NCBI GenBank assembly: GCA_038867615.1
Contig: JAWBYA010000001.1
Span: 480,001-544,000 of the forward strand
DNA length: 64,000 bases
Direction of reading: 5' to 3'
Source of the DNA: Sulfolobales archaeon
Lineage (GTDB): Archaea > Thermoproteota > Thermoprotei_A > Sulfolobales > AG1
In this document: one piece after another, positions 40,343 to 50,807 of the stretch
Numbering within the stretch: position 1 is the first letter of the stretch
How the letters are laid out: every line of letters starts with the position of its first letter
Program-made: the position numbers and the translations under genes
Notes under the pieces: model-generated
Seen by the model: the letters and a program-made list of their open reading frames with translations, nothing else
What the model was told of the DNA's origin: nothing
The model's database searches: none

Positions 40343-40975
40343 TTAATGAGTTTTCTCTGTTATGAGGTTTTCGAGTATTGATGCTAGTTCTTGTGCTGTT
40401 TTCCCAGCTTCTCCTTCTCTATTATAGATTATATTTACCGCTGCTCCTGTGAATGATGCTACTACTAGTGCTTCTATTCTGTTCATTCTCAGCATCTCCT
40501 CTATGACCGCTGGATCTGCGTAGTCTTTTCTAACCCTTGTCTTATCCCTGGCTTGTCTGGATAGGATCTCTTCCGGCGATGCCTCTATAAGGATAATAGC
40601 GTCTGGCTTTAGCTCCTGTGCAACATGTAGGGGTAATCCTGGCCAGTAGCCTGAGGGTGTTCTTATCAGGAGATGTGTATCGACTATCAGCAACCCCTTA
40701 GAGCCTTGGAGTTCTTCTGAGGCGCTTCTAATCATCATCCTAGCAGCCTCGGCCTGGTTCTCAACCTGGATCCTTATTGGGAGGCTTCTAATCTCATCCC
40801 TACTCTTAACAGCACCTATTAGGGAGAGTCTTTTGAACATATAGTCGCCATAGTTAAGTACGACAGCCTTCAAACCCCTACTCGAGAGGATCTTTACTGA
40901 TAGGTCAACTACCGTTGATTTACCAACGCCTGGGACGCCAACGATTATGGCGACAGGGAATGGGTGTCTAAGCAA
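40343..40975 (-). CDS. adkA: Archaeal adenylate kinase
   Basis: GVPGVGKST, NYGDYM, VDTH...TPSGYWPGLP. Confidence 0.95.
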   Translation of the reverse strand: MLRHPFPVAIIVGVPGVGKSTVVDLSVKILSSRGLKAVVLNYGDYMFKRLSLIGAVKSRDEIRSLPIRIQVENQAEAARMMIRSASEELQGSKGLLIVDTHLLIRTPSGYWPGLPLHVAQELKPDAIILIEASPEEILSRQARDKTRVRKDYADPAVIEEMLRMNRIEALVVASFTGAAVNIIYNREGEAGKTAQELASILENLITEKTH

Positions 40976-41247
40976 AGAACCCCCAGAGCATCACCACTAT
41001 AAAGAATATAAATATAGACCGAAGGATCAGGACTACTAACAGCTATACTGTATTACAAAACCTTGTAGGATCCCCTCTGCAGAGAATATAGGTAGTTGAT
41101 CGAAGAGATCTCTATAAAGATGCTCCAATGCATCTCATAATCAGTTATTTGATAACTAGTAAGCAGTATATCAGTAAATCAACACTCCGCTGAGGCGTAG
41201 TTTATCGCTATGTATTCAAACCTATCTGTGGTTTTTATTAACCCCAC

Positions 41248-42339
41248 ATGTTAAACACCATCGGGGTATCTATAGCTTATCCAATGGTTTCGATTATCTG
41301 GCTTAACTATAATAGTAAGGGTATAGTGGATCGTGTTTTGAAATCCCTCGATGCCGTTTTTGACCTTGACTATCCTGAGGATCGCTATGAACTCATAGTA
41401 GTTGATAATGGCTCTAGCGATGGTAGCTTTGAGACTATAAGGGGTTTTGTTGAGAGGAGATCTAATATTAAGAAGAAGATCTTGGGTCTCGATCGCAACC
41501 TAGGCTTTGCTGGAGGCTGCAATGCTGGTTTCAGGGCTAGGGATAGGGGTGCGAAATATATTGTCCTTCTAAACAACGATGCCATCCCCCGCAAAGATAG
41601 CCTGAGGATCTTTGTTGAGGAGATGGAGAAACGCCCCTACCTAGGAGGTGCTCAGGGGGTGATCGTGGATCCTAGGACGGGTTTTGTTGATACTGCTGGT
41701 AACTATGTCAGCGAATACCTATTCCCACTAGCATATCTAAGGGGAAACCCTCCCAACGATATGAAGAGGCCTCTCTATATATCATACCCAGACGGTGCTT
41801 ACTCGATCTGGAGGGTTGATGCCGTGCTTAAAGCCAACAAGGCTGAGAGGCTGTTCTACGACGAGCTCTTCGCATACTGCGACGATATAGTCCTTGGACT
41901 CAAGATCTGGGATTCGGACTATAAAGCCGCATCTTTCCCCCACGTGGTTGCTGAGCATAGCAGGGGCTCAACGCTTGGCAAGGATCGATCGGCGCAGATT
42001 CTACATACTATTAAATGTATATCGTTTCTCTACCACATATCACGCCTCAGCCTGGTTAGAAGGCTCATGGCGAGAAGCCTGCCTATCAAGAAAGGCATAC
42101 CATTGCTGGTGAGACCCCCGTTCACGCTCACCCCTGGGAAGATATGGAGAGCCTGGAATGAGGGGAAGGAGCTGGGGCTAAGGATCCGGGGTAGCGAGGG
42201 TTATATCGATATAGATAAAGCCCCTTTAGTAAGGCATAGAAATATTATAGATAAAGTCCTATTCTTAGCCCCTGCTAGATATATAGCTAGGTATAAAACG
42301 AAAGAGCTGGAGGAGATCTACAGACTCGATGATCGATAA
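41248..42339 (+). CDS. GT2 glycosyltransferase (rhamnosyltransferase-like)
   Basis: VSIIWLNYN, VVDNGSSDGS, NLGFAGGCN, LLNND. Confidence 0.92.
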   Translation: MLNTIGVSIAYPMVSIIWLNYNSKGIVDRVLKSLDAVFDLDYPEDRYELIVVDNGSSDGSFETIRGFVERRSNIKKKILGLDRNLGFAGGCNAGFRARDRGAKYIVLLNNDAIPRKDSLRIFVEEMEKRPYLGGAQGVIVDPRTGFVDTAGNYVSEYLFPLAYLRGNPPNDMKRPLYISYPDGAYSIWRVDAVLKANKAERLFYDELFAYCDDIVLGLKIWDSDYKAASFPHVVAEHSRGSTLGKDRSAQILHTIKCISFLYHISRLSLVRRLMARSLPIKKGIPLLVRPPFTLTPGKIWRAWNEGKELGLRIRGSEGYIDIDKAPLVRHRNIIDKVLFLAPARYIARYKTKELEEIYRLDDR

Positions 42340-42393
42340 ACAAATATTTCGATCTAGAGGCGTTGGTTATTTATTAATTTTTCCTATGTATAG

Positions 42394-43482
42394 TTGGATG
42401 GCTATGTGGTGCTTAGTATGGATGGTGTTGTGCTTGTAGCCGGCGAGGGTACAAGGCTCAGACCCTTGACCTTCACAGTCCCCAAACCGCTGATCCCTAT
42501 TATGGGGAGGCCCCTCATATCCTACGGCCTTAGGGGTCTCGTATCAGGGGGTGTTGATAACATCGTCTTTGTTATAGGACATCTTGGGGGCTATTTTATC
42601 GATTATTTTGGCGATGGTTCCAGCATTGGTGTTAGGGTCTCGTATGTTACTCAAGAAAGGAGGCTTGGGATAGCCCACGCTATATATAGGGCTATCGAGT
42701 CAGGGGCCGTGAAGGAGAGCTTTGTTGTATATCTTGGCGATAATTATTTTGGCAACGATATAGGGTTTATAATAAGATCCTTTGCTGGGAGTGATCACGA
42801 TGTCTATATAGTGCTTACAAAGACAAAGGATCCCTCTAAATTTGGCTACGTACTCCTAAGGGATGGGAAGGTTTATAAGCTGATCGAGAAGCCCAGAGAT
42901 CCCCCGCCAGGCGGCTATACACTCTCCGGGCTATATATGTTCAGAGACCCGGATCTTGTTGCAAGAGCCTTCAAAGATCTTAAGCCTAGCTGGAGAGGTG
43001 AGTACGAGATCACAGACCTGATCCAGTGGTTCATAGATAGAGACTATAGCGTGGGCTATAGCATTGTGACAGGCTGGTGGAAAGATGCTGGGAGCCCCAG
43101 CGATCTCCTAGAACTCCTCTACCTAATGCTAGATAAGGTTGATGAGAGAATCGAGGGGGAGGTTAGGGGTGAAGTGATTGGAAGGGCCGTCATTGAGAAG
43201 GGAGCCGTTATCGAGGGGAGGATTGTGGGGCCTGCATATATAGGTAGAGGGGCATATATCTCGAGGGATGCGATCATAGAGCACTATGTTGATGTGGAGA
43301 GTGGAAGCAGGATCCTTGGTGGAAGCCTCACCAGATCCCTAGTACTCGAGGAGGTTGAGATAAATGCTAGCAGGGCTAGGATAGTTGACTCGATAATCGG
43401 TAGAAGCTCGAAAGTCATGCTGGGGAACGGCTCATACTCTATTATTACTGGTGATTATAGTAGGATAATCCAGGGTGCATAG
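42394..43482 (+). CDS. rmlA: Glucose-1-phosphate thymidylyltransferase (long form)
   Basis: AGEGTRLRPLT...PKPL, YLGDN, EKP, RGEYEITD. Confidence 0.92.
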   Translation: MDGYVVLSMDGVVLVAGEGTRLRPLTFTVPKPLIPIMGRPLISYGLRGLVSGGVDNIVFVIGHLGGYFIDYFGDGSSIGVRVSYVTQERRLGIAHAIYRAIESGAVKESFVVYLGDNYFGNDIGFIIRSFAGSDHDVYIVLTKTKDPSKFGYVLLRDGKVYKLIEKPRDPPPGGYTLSGLYMFRDPDLVARAFKDLKPSWRGEYEITDLIQWFIDRDYSVGYSIVTGWWKDAGSPSDLLELLYLMLDKVDERIEGEVRGEVIGRAVIEKGAVIEGRIVGPAYIGRGAYISRDAIIEHYVDVESGSRILGGSLTRSLVLEEVEINASRARIVDSIIGRSSKVMLGNGSYSIITGDYSRIIQGA

Positions 43483-44491
43483 GTTGCGTATCCTCATAAC
43501 AGGAGGAGCGGGATATATAGGGTCGGTGCTCACCAGGCTTCTCCTCAGCAAGGGTTATAGGGTGACGGTAACGGATCTCCTCCTCTTCGGGGATATGGGG
43601 ATCAAGGAGCTTATTGGTGAGGAGAGATTCAAACTGCTTAAGATCGATGTTAGGAGTATAGATATGGATGCTATTAGGGGGCATGATGTTGTTATAGATC
43701 TAGCCGCTATATCGCAGCCAGACCCTTCTGGAAAAATAGATCAGGGTCTATTCTATGAGATGAACGCATTATCTCCTGTAAGGGTTGCTAGTCTATCCAT
43801 GAAGAGCGGTGTGGAGAGATACGTGTTCGCCTCAACATGCAGTGTCTACGGCTTCCAGGATAGGGTTGTTAACGAGGATTCGGAGCCAAACCCCATAGAG
43901 AGCTATGCTAAGATGAAACACGCTGCTGAGAAGAGGATCAGGGAGATTGCTGGAAAGAGATCCGTGATCCTCAGGATAGCCACTGTATATGGCTATTCAC
44001 CCAAGATGAGGTTCGATCTAGTTGTAAACGCAATGACATTATCGCTGTATAAGCATAAGAAGATAATGGTTGGGAGACCAGGAACCCAGATGAGGCCAGT
44101 GGTTCACGTAGGCGATGTGGCTGAGGCTATGCATCGGGTCATCGAGGCTCCGGGCGATATAGTGGGCGGCGAGATCCTTAATGTAGGATCCAACGAACAG
44201 AACTACAGGATAGCAGATCTAGCTGGGGAAGTGTGCAAAGCTGTTACGAGCGAATGCAGGATCGAGTATTATGGTGATCCAGATACTAGATCCTATGTGG
44301 TTGATTTTACAAAGATCTCGAGGCTCGTGGGGTTCAGGGCTAGATATAGTGTTGCCGATGGTGCTAGAGAGGTTTATAGAGCTCTTAAGAACGGTCTCAT
44401 CTCGGATGAGCCTTGGACGAGGGTTATAGATTGGTGGAGCTATCTCCACTCCCAAGGTGTTGTTAGGGTCATGGGGGTTGGTGATCTTTGA
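43475..44491 (+). CDS. NAD-dependent epimerase/dehydratase
   Basis: GGAGYIG, STCSVYG, YAKMK, RFDLVVN. Confidence 0.9.
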   Translation: MHRLRILITGGAGYIGSVLTRLLLSKGYRVTVTDLLLFGDMGIKELIGEERFKLLKIDVRSIDMDAIRGHDVVIDLAAISQPDPSGKIDQGLFYEMNALSPVRVASLSMKSGVERYVFASTCSVYGFQDRVVNEDSEPNPIESYAKMKHAAEKRIREIAGKRSVILRIATVYGYSPKMRFDLVVNAMTLSLYKHKKIMVGRPGTQMRPVVHVGDVAEAMHRVIEAPGDIVGGEILNVGSNEQNYRIADLAGEVCKAVTSECRIEYYGDPDTRSYVVDFTKISRLVGFRARYSVADGAREVYRALKNGLISDEPWTRVIDWWSYLHSQGVVRVMGVGDL

Positions 44492-45384
44492 GGATCCTGG
44501 TGACAGGCGGTTCAAGCACTCCTGGCTATAAGCTTGTTCTAAAGCTTGCTGAGAGGGGTTATGATGTCTATGCCCAGTACTACTCCCACGAGATCCCTGA
44601 GATCCCTGGTGTTAGGAGAGTGATGCTTGATCTCAGGGATAGCGATAGGATCATCAACGTTCTCGGGGATATCAAGCCCAGCATCATTATACATACAGCA
44701 GCTGTTGGAGATGTGGATCTCTGCGAATCTAATAGGGATCTTGCTTGGAGGGTTAATGTGGAGGCTACTAAAGCTATCTCTAGGTTTGCGTCTAGAAATA
44801 GATCTTTTTTGGTTTATCTATCAACAGACTATGTTTTTGATGGTGAGAGGGGTATGTATAGAGAGGAGGATACCCCCAATCCGGTGAACTACTATGGGTT
44901 GACAAAGCTTGTTGCCGAAAATATTGTTGCCTCCTCAACAGAGGATCACGCTATTGTTAGGGCTAGCCATATATATGGTTTTGGCATGGGTAGGGTTAAT
45001 TTTGCGAGACATGTGGTAGAATCGCTGAGTAAGGGTCAGCCTGTAAGGGCTCTCGTGGATCAGTGGCTCTCGCCAACCCTCAACACGCTTCTAGCCGAGG
45101 CGATGGTGGAGATTGTTGAGAAGGGTTTGAGGGGTCTCTTCCACGTTGCTGGTGAGAGGGTGAGTAGATATGACTTTGCCAGGGCTATTGCTAGGAGGTT
45201 TGGTTTTAAGGAAGATCTTATCGAGCCAATAGCATCGAGGGATATTGTCTTTAAGGCTAGAAGGCCTAGGGACTCGAGCCTTAATACAGAGAAGGCTAAG
45301 CAGCTGCTCAAAACACCTTTCCATGGCCTTGATCACTCGCTAGAGATCCTCTATAGAGAGTGGCTCTCAGCGAGGGGTGTCTAG
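44488..45384 (+). CDS. rmlD: dTDP-4-dehydrorhamnose reductase
   Basis: STDYVFDG, PVNYYGLTK, DQWLSPT, RPRDSSL. Confidence 0.94.
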   Translation: MRILVTGGSSTPGYKLVLKLAERGYDVYAQYYSHEIPEIPGVRRVMLDLRDSDRIINVLGDIKPSIIIHTAAVGDVDLCESNRDLAWRVNVEATKAISRFASRNRSFLVYLSTDYVFDGERGMYREEDTPNPVNYYGLTKLVAENIVASSTEDHAIVRASHIYGFGMGRVNFARHVVESLSKGQPVRALVDQWLSPTLNTLLAEAMVEIVEKGLRGLFHVAGERVSRYDFARAIARRFGFKEDLIEPIASRDIVFKARRPRDSSLNTEKAKQLLKTPFHGLDHSLEILYREWLSARGV

Positions 45385-45942
45385 ATGCCGTTCAAAAGCT
45401 TTAGAAGGCTTAAGATCCCCGATGTAATATTGATCGAGGCTGAGAGGTTCAGCGACGCCAGAGGCTTCTTCTCAGAGCTCTATAAGAGGACGGACTACCA
45501 AGCCCACGGGGTTTTCCACGACTTTGTCCAGGCTAACCTCAGCTACTCGAGGAGAGGCGTTGTGAGAGGACTTCACTACCAATTAAAACCAATGGAGCAG
45601 GGTAAGCTGGTTACAGTAGTCTCGGGGAAAGTGCTCGATATAGCCTTAGATGTTAGGAAGGGCTCCCCATGGTATGGATCATACGTGGCTGTAGAGCTAT
45701 CACCAGGGCTCCTCCTATGGATCCCCCCGGGATTTGCACACGGCTTCCAAGCCCTCGAGGATACCTACTTCCTGTATTTAGTAACTAAGGAGTATAGCCA
45801 GCAGCATGAGAGATGCGTTAGGTGGAATGACGAGGAGCTCGGGATAGAATGGCCTATTAAGGAGAACGTTATAGTAAGCGATAAGGATAAGAAATGCCCA
45901 CCATTAAAAGAAGCTGAAGCGAACTTTGAATACCCTATATAG
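45385..45942 (+). CDS. rmlC: dTDP-4-dehydrorhamnose 3,5-epimerase
   Basis: DARGFFSE, RGLHYQ, GFAHGF. Confidence 0.96.
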   Translation: MPFKSFRRLKIPDVILIEAERFSDARGFFSELYKRTDYQAHGVFHDFVQANLSYSRRGVVRGLHYQLKPMEQGKLVTVVSGKVLDIALDVRKGSPWYGSYVAVELSPGLLLWIPPGFAHGFQALEDTYFLYLVTKEYSQQHERCVRWNDEELGIEWPIKENVIVSDKDKKCPPLKEAEANFEYPI

Positions 45943-46053
45943 AGCCTTGGTTGCTAGAGAAACGGATAAGCAAAGCTGGCCAGGTAGCTGGGATGCTTAG
46001 CTATTATTTATCAAACCTATTAATTGTCTTGCTTAAACTATGTGAATTAGCTA

Positions 46054-46308
46054 GTGAAAGGTGCTTCCTTCGAGGTTAATGTTGGTAGGAGGAGAAGAAT
46101 CTTTATCCCTAGGGCTGCTGCTGAGGCTGTTGGTATTAGTGAGGGTATGAGGGTTAGGATAATCGTTGATGACGGAAGGCTGATCATAGAGCCTCTAAGG
46201 GACGCTATATGGTATGCCCTCCACGATCCCAAGATAGGCTATGTAGGCTTTGAGGAGCTTGAGGAGGAGAGTATGCGTGTGCAGGAGAGGATTAAGAATC
46301 CTGGTTGA
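46054..46308 (+). CDS. AbrB/MazE-type antitoxin
   Basis: VGRRRRIFIP...GISEG...GRLIIEP. Confidence 0.85.
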   Translation: MKGASFEVNVGRRRRIFIPRAAAEAVGISEGMRVRIIVDDGRLIIEPLRDAIWYALHDPKIGYVGFEELEEESMRVQERIKNPG

Positions 46309-46360
46309 CACCTCCTTTATAACACCGGTACTTGGTTTTAAAACTGATTATGCTATAAAC
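46289..46360 (+). pseudogene. Truncated PIN toxin start
   Basis: LRILVDTSFITPVLG overlapping the antitoxin end, then degenerates. Confidence 0.6.
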
Positions 46361-46489
46361 CATTTCCTTGTTTTCATGGATCTCAGGGCTTTCCGAGGTT
46401 TTGGCTATCAGCTTAAGGATTTTGTTTTGCTGTGTCTTAAACTCGGAATCCTTTTATTGGTCGTTGAACAACCCTAACTTCGATTCAGT

Positions 46490-46790
46490 ATGTTCCTTGT
46501 TGTTAAAAGCTATATTAACTGTGGGCAAGGATTAGCTTCTGAAGCAAGAATAAAGCGTGATAGGAGGGAGAATTGATTAATCGTCTATTTCATCTTTAGG
46601 AAGAAGGATGTTAAACAATACAAGCATAGCGGTTATATAGCTGTAAATATTGATGAGAACAACGTGGCAATACTCATCAATAGGGAGATACCTACTCGCA
46701 ACAGACATGGAGAAATAACATTTATTACTATAGAAAGAAATAAAAAAGATTCAAAAGAAAAACGATATAAGATCTGTGGTGTGTGGTGTT
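46490..46790 (+). pseudogene. tnpB: Degraded tnpB fragment (RuvC-I region)
   Basis: LASEARIK...LIVYFIFRK...YIAVNIDENNVAIL with stops and frameshifts; resembles the crenarchaeal TnpB xVDxNENN motif as recalled. Confidence 0.7.
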
Positions 46791-46850
46791 AGATGATGTA
46801 ATAGAGAAAGATTGTAAAAAGCTTAAATACCCTTATGGAAAGTAGAATAG

Positions 46851-47282
46851 GTGTTTTTGATGTATATCCCTCCAGATCCCGATCAATATGTAGGTGAGGA
46901 CTTGAAGAGCAGTATCCGCAGGGTTCTCTTAAAACTCCTAGCACCCAGGATTATAACTAGCGAGGTTGTCACCAAATATGTTAGGAAGGCTCTCAGACTC
47001 GGGGTCTGGAGGGAGCTCGCACTCGAGGCTAGGGCACTCCTCACAATCTGTAGGAGGCTACCCAAACCCGTAAGATCCCACACCCTCGCCCACGTGTTAT
47101 CAAAGATATTCTTGGAGATAGAGCTCGCAGGCCTCAAGGGCAAAGCCCTATTCTACGGATCGATAGAGTTCCTCAAGAAGGGCATGGGATCCCTCAAAGA
47201 CATACCATCAAACGCCGAGAAGATCCTATGCCTAGGCATCATGTACCTAAACAACCCACCACTAATGCGATTCTATAGCTAG
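46851..47282 (+). CDS. Hypothetical protein
   Basis: 143-aa ORF with host-like codon style. Confidence 0.7.
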   Translation: MFLMYIPPDPDQYVGEDLKSSIRRVLLKLLAPRIITSEVVTKYVRKALRLGVWRELALEARALLTICRRLPKPVRSHTLAHVLSKIFLEIELAGLKGKALFYGSIEFLKKGMGSLKDIPSNAEKILCLGIMYLNNPPLMRFYS

Positions 47283-47374
47283 CAATAGTTCTGTGGGAAC
47301 TGTTAGAGACCTATTGATAGGGATCTCACAAGATCCTATAGCCTTGAGAAACCCTTAGTCGGGTTGATAAACAC

Positions 47375-48430
47375 ATGAAAATAGCTCTTATAGCACCTGC
47401 TAGTCTTGGTAGTGCTGCTATCGTTCTCCGTAACCTGGTCAGAGGCCTCGTTAGCGAAGGGATCCACGTCGATTTAATTAGACTTCGTAAAAGAAAATTT
47501 CATCTACTCTCGATTGTTCGCGATGATATTTTGAGTGCTAGGCATCGTAGGGATTACGATCTAGCTTTATACATTGGAGGCATACCATGGCCGAGTCACG
47601 TGTTGGCTAAGCTATCGGGGGTTCCTGTAGCCTTATTCTTACATAGTTATGTTTACCATGATCTGCTTAACGTAATGCTGTACAGACCAGGGCTTAGAAA
47701 TAAGATAGGTGGTGCTGTAATCCCTATAATGATGCTTCGTACAGCTACTTCCCTCAATACGGTAGATTTATATGTTTGTCACAGTCTAGCAGCGTGTGAA
47801 GCTAATAAGATTTCAAACCGCTTTGTTGTATTGCCCCAGTGGATATTTCCGGAAGAACTAGAACTATTAAAGCAACAAGTAAAACAGCAGGTGCTAAAAA
47901 ATAATATAGTTCGCATAGTTACTTACACATCAAATTCCCCTAGACTTCTTAACGCAAATCACCTGGTCGCCTTAGCACGGCTCATAGAACGCAAGGTTGA
48001 TCGGAGGTTCGAGCTAATTATAGTTGATTCATCAAAAGAGTATAATATCTCTTTAGGTTCTGTCAGGATTATGAGGACTATACCTCATAAGGATTTTCTA
48101 TCACTCTTAGCATCAGCAGATCTTTATATAGAGCGATGCATAGATGAAGAGCTGGGAATAACGTCTTTTGAAGCTATAGCTATGGGGGTGCCGATTGTTA
48201 AGCTAACACACCCGAGGTATTGGGATAGACAGGACTATAAAGAAGACTTAATACTAGTCCGATCATTTAGAGAGCTAGCAGATAAGATCGCAGAGTATAT
48301 TAACAATATAGACCATTACTACCACTATTATTCAAAACGCTGTAGAGAATTTGTTCTAACAAAAAGAACATGGGATGCAGTAAAAGAACCATTCCTATCA
48401 GCATTAAAACACATAAGCCGTCAAAAATAG
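47375..48430 (+). CDS. GT4 glycosyltransferase, atypical composition
   Basis: EELGITSFEAIAMGVP; AT-rich with CGN codons. Confidence 0.85.
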   Translation: MKIALIAPASLGSAAIVLRNLVRGLVSEGIHVDLIRLRKRKFHLLSIVRDDILSARHRRDYDLALYIGGIPWPSHVLAKLSGVPVALFLHSYVYHDLLNVMLYRPGLRNKIGGAVIPIMMLRTATSLNTVDLYVCHSLAACEANKISNRFVVLPQWIFPEELELLKQQVKQQVLKNNIVRIVTYTSNSPRLLNANHLVALARLIERKVDRRFELIIVDSSKEYNISLGSVRIMRTIPHKDFLSLLASADLYIERCIDEELGITSFEAIAMGVPIVKLTHPRYWDRQDYKEDLILVRSFRELADKIAEYINNIDHYYHYYSKRCREFVLTKRTWDAVKEPFLSALKHISRQK

Positions 48431-48500
48431 TGCAAAGAGGGCGTAGACAGTACGAGTCGGACTTCATGGCTGTTGATCTTTATTATACACAACACTCTTT

Positions 48501-48685
48501 CTTCGACTTAATAATCCTCAGGGTTCCTTTCATCGGGATCCTTATCCTCGGCCTCCACCCGTTCAGGGTGACCCCAGCCCACAGCTCCCCTTCATAGCTT
48601 TGCTCGGGCTCATTGCTGTGGGGAAACCCTTCATCCTGGTTTTTATTTAACCCGCTCCTCGGGTCTCTATCTTTTACCCTTAGCA
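48501..48685 (-). mobile_element. MITE family 2, second (truncated) copy
   Basis: Reverse complement aligns with 12448-12635 (gatagagacccgag...ggttaaataaaaa...ggggtcaccctgaa...gatgaaagga). Confidence 0.85.
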
Positions 48686-48978
48686 ACTCTTTATCTTTGG
48701 TTTTAGAAAGCAGTATAACTTAATTTTTACACGTAGTACAGCGATATATAGTCATCACACTTTTCACAGATCGAGGAGTTATTATTGGTTTAGGAGGATT
48801 TGTATCTGTTATTGTTAGATGGATATTGGTTGTCTTGGTTACTCTATATTAGCTACCTACTATGGGTTTGAATCCCGGTTATAGTAATGATCCTTGGGTT
48901 TATGAGTGGAGTTGCTCTATGACTGTTGGTTTGTGTTTATAGGTCTTGATGGGGGATTTATCGTAGAGCTGTGGGGGT

Positions 48979-50046
48979 TTGCCGGCTGTAGAGCTTGTTA
49001 GTGTTACCAAGAGGTTTGGTAGAGCGATCGCTGTTGATAATGTTAGTTTTAGTGTTGAGAAAGGGGAGCTCTTCACGATTCTTGGTCCTTCTGGTTGTGG
49101 TAAGACTACTACTCTTAGGCTTATTGCTGGGCTCGAGATCCCTGATGGTGGTAGGATCTATATTGGTGGTAGGGATGTTACGTGGAGCAAGCCTTATGAG
49201 AGGAATACTGCTATGGTTTTTCAGAACTGGGCTTTGTGGCCTCATATGAGTGTTTTTGATAATATAGCTTATGGGCTGAGGGTTAGGAAGGTTCCTGGGG
49301 ATGAGGTTAGGAGGAGGGTTAAACGGATCCTCGAGATCGTTGGTCTTGAGGGGCTTGAGAACCGCTATCCCCACCAGCTCTCGGGGGGTCAGCAGCAGAG
49401 GGTTGCGTTGGCTAGGGCTCTTGTGGTTGAGCCGGAGGTTCTCTTGCTAGACGAGCCTCTGAGTAACCTGGATGCGAGGCTCAGGATCTCGATGAGGAGT
49501 GAGATCAGGTCTATGCAGAAGAAGCTAGGGATCACGGCTATATATGTTACACACGATCAGGAGGAGGCCATGTCGATCTCTGATAGAATAGGTGTTATGG
49601 ATAAGGGGAGGATGATCCAGATAGGAAGCCCGGAAGAGATCTATAGAAACCCGAGAAACCTCTTCGTAGCAACATTCATAGGAAAAAGCGCCACGATAGA
49701 GGGAAGGATCATAGAGATAAACAGCGACATAGTCGAGATAGAAACACCAGGAGGCAGAATAAAAGCCCGCTGGATGGATAGAGAAAAACCAGCAACAGGC
49801 GGTAGAGCAGTGATAGTGATAAGACCAGAAGAGACAAGCATATCGAGACAGCCAAAAGGATCATGCATAGAGGGAGTATTGAAAAACACATCATTCCTAG
49901 GAGACAGAACCCAGGTAACAATCGAAATAGGAGGCAGAGACATAATCACATACACAGACCCGCGAGAAACAGAAACACTGAGATCGAGAGAAGCAATAAA
50001 AATATACCTATGCCTAGAAGAACCACCAAAAGCGTTCCAAGCATAA
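48979..50046 (+). CDS. ABC transporter ATPase (PotA/MalK-type), orphan
   Basis: GPSGCGKTT, LSGGQQQR, LDEPLSNLD, TOBE-like tail. Confidence 0.94.
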   Translation: MPAVELVSVTKRFGRAIAVDNVSFSVEKGELFTILGPSGCGKTTTLRLIAGLEIPDGGRIYIGGRDVTWSKPYERNTAMVFQNWALWPHMSVFDNIAYGLRVRKVPGDEVRRRVKRILEIVGLEGLENRYPHQLSGGQQQRVALARALVVEPEVLLLDEPLSNLDARLRISMRSEIRSMQKKLGITAIYVTHDQEEAMSISDRIGVMDKGRMIQIGSPEEIYRNPRNLFVATFIGKSATIEGRIIEINSDIVEIETPGGRIKARWMDREKPATGGRAVIVIRPEETSISRQPKGSCIEGVLKNTSFLGDRTQVTIEIGGRDIITYTDPRETETLRSREAIKIYLCLEEPPKAFQA

Positions 50047-50077
50047 AAACACCTAAACACAGATCATAACGGGCATA

Positions 50078-50592
50078 ATGAGCAGCCGAAACACCATCAC
50101 CATACCCGAGAGGATCGCTAAAAAAGCCAAAGAGCTAGGAGTAGATATAACCGACATAGTGATCGAAACCCTAGCAGAGAAGCTAGGAATAGATCCCGTA
50201 GAAGAGCTAGAAGCACGCGCAGAGCTAGCTAAAAATACCTAGAAGAAGGAATAAGACTCACAGACAGCGACCCTGTACAAGCATCAGAGAAACTCTACAA
50301 AGCCGCAGAAGAGGCTGTAAAAGCAGCGGCAAAGATCCTCAACCTACCAGTAATATCAAACGTTAAAGAGAGAGGCAGATGGACAGCAACAGATCTAGAG
50401 AAAGCTGTAGAGACACTGAGCAAGAAATACGGAGAGCAGATAATACTCTGGTGGGACGCTGCATGGACTCTTCATGTCTGGGGGTTCCACGAGGCTAAAC
50501 TAGATTCAGAAGCTGTGAGAACGAGGATCCCGTATATAGAGAAAATGATCCAGCTCCTTGATATGCTGAAAACACAATCCACACCCACGTGA
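50078..50592 (+). pseudogene. PaREP1-family protein with a 1-nt frameshift
   Basis: DPVQASEKLYKAAEE, GRWT, AWTLHVWGFHE; frame breaks at the A5 run 50231-35. Confidence 0.88.
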
Positions 50593-50807
50593 TCTCGATC
50601 CTGATAGCATTGTTCCACCCATATAGAAGACCTATATGATCGAGAGACACATATGCGGTATCTCAGCATCAGAGTATCCTGACTTCACAATGGACAGAAA
50701 TAGATCGAGATTTATAGTAGATTATATGCACTCCTAGTTACATGTTTACTTCTTGGGTTGATTCTCGGATAATAGCTGCATAGATCCTTAATGGGATAAA
50801 AAGATCA

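Noticed and set aside
50712-50726. Partial CRISPR-repeat matches (tatagtagat here; gtcgatctct at 38702)
   Set aside because: Too short in a genome rich in GATC/TATAG words.
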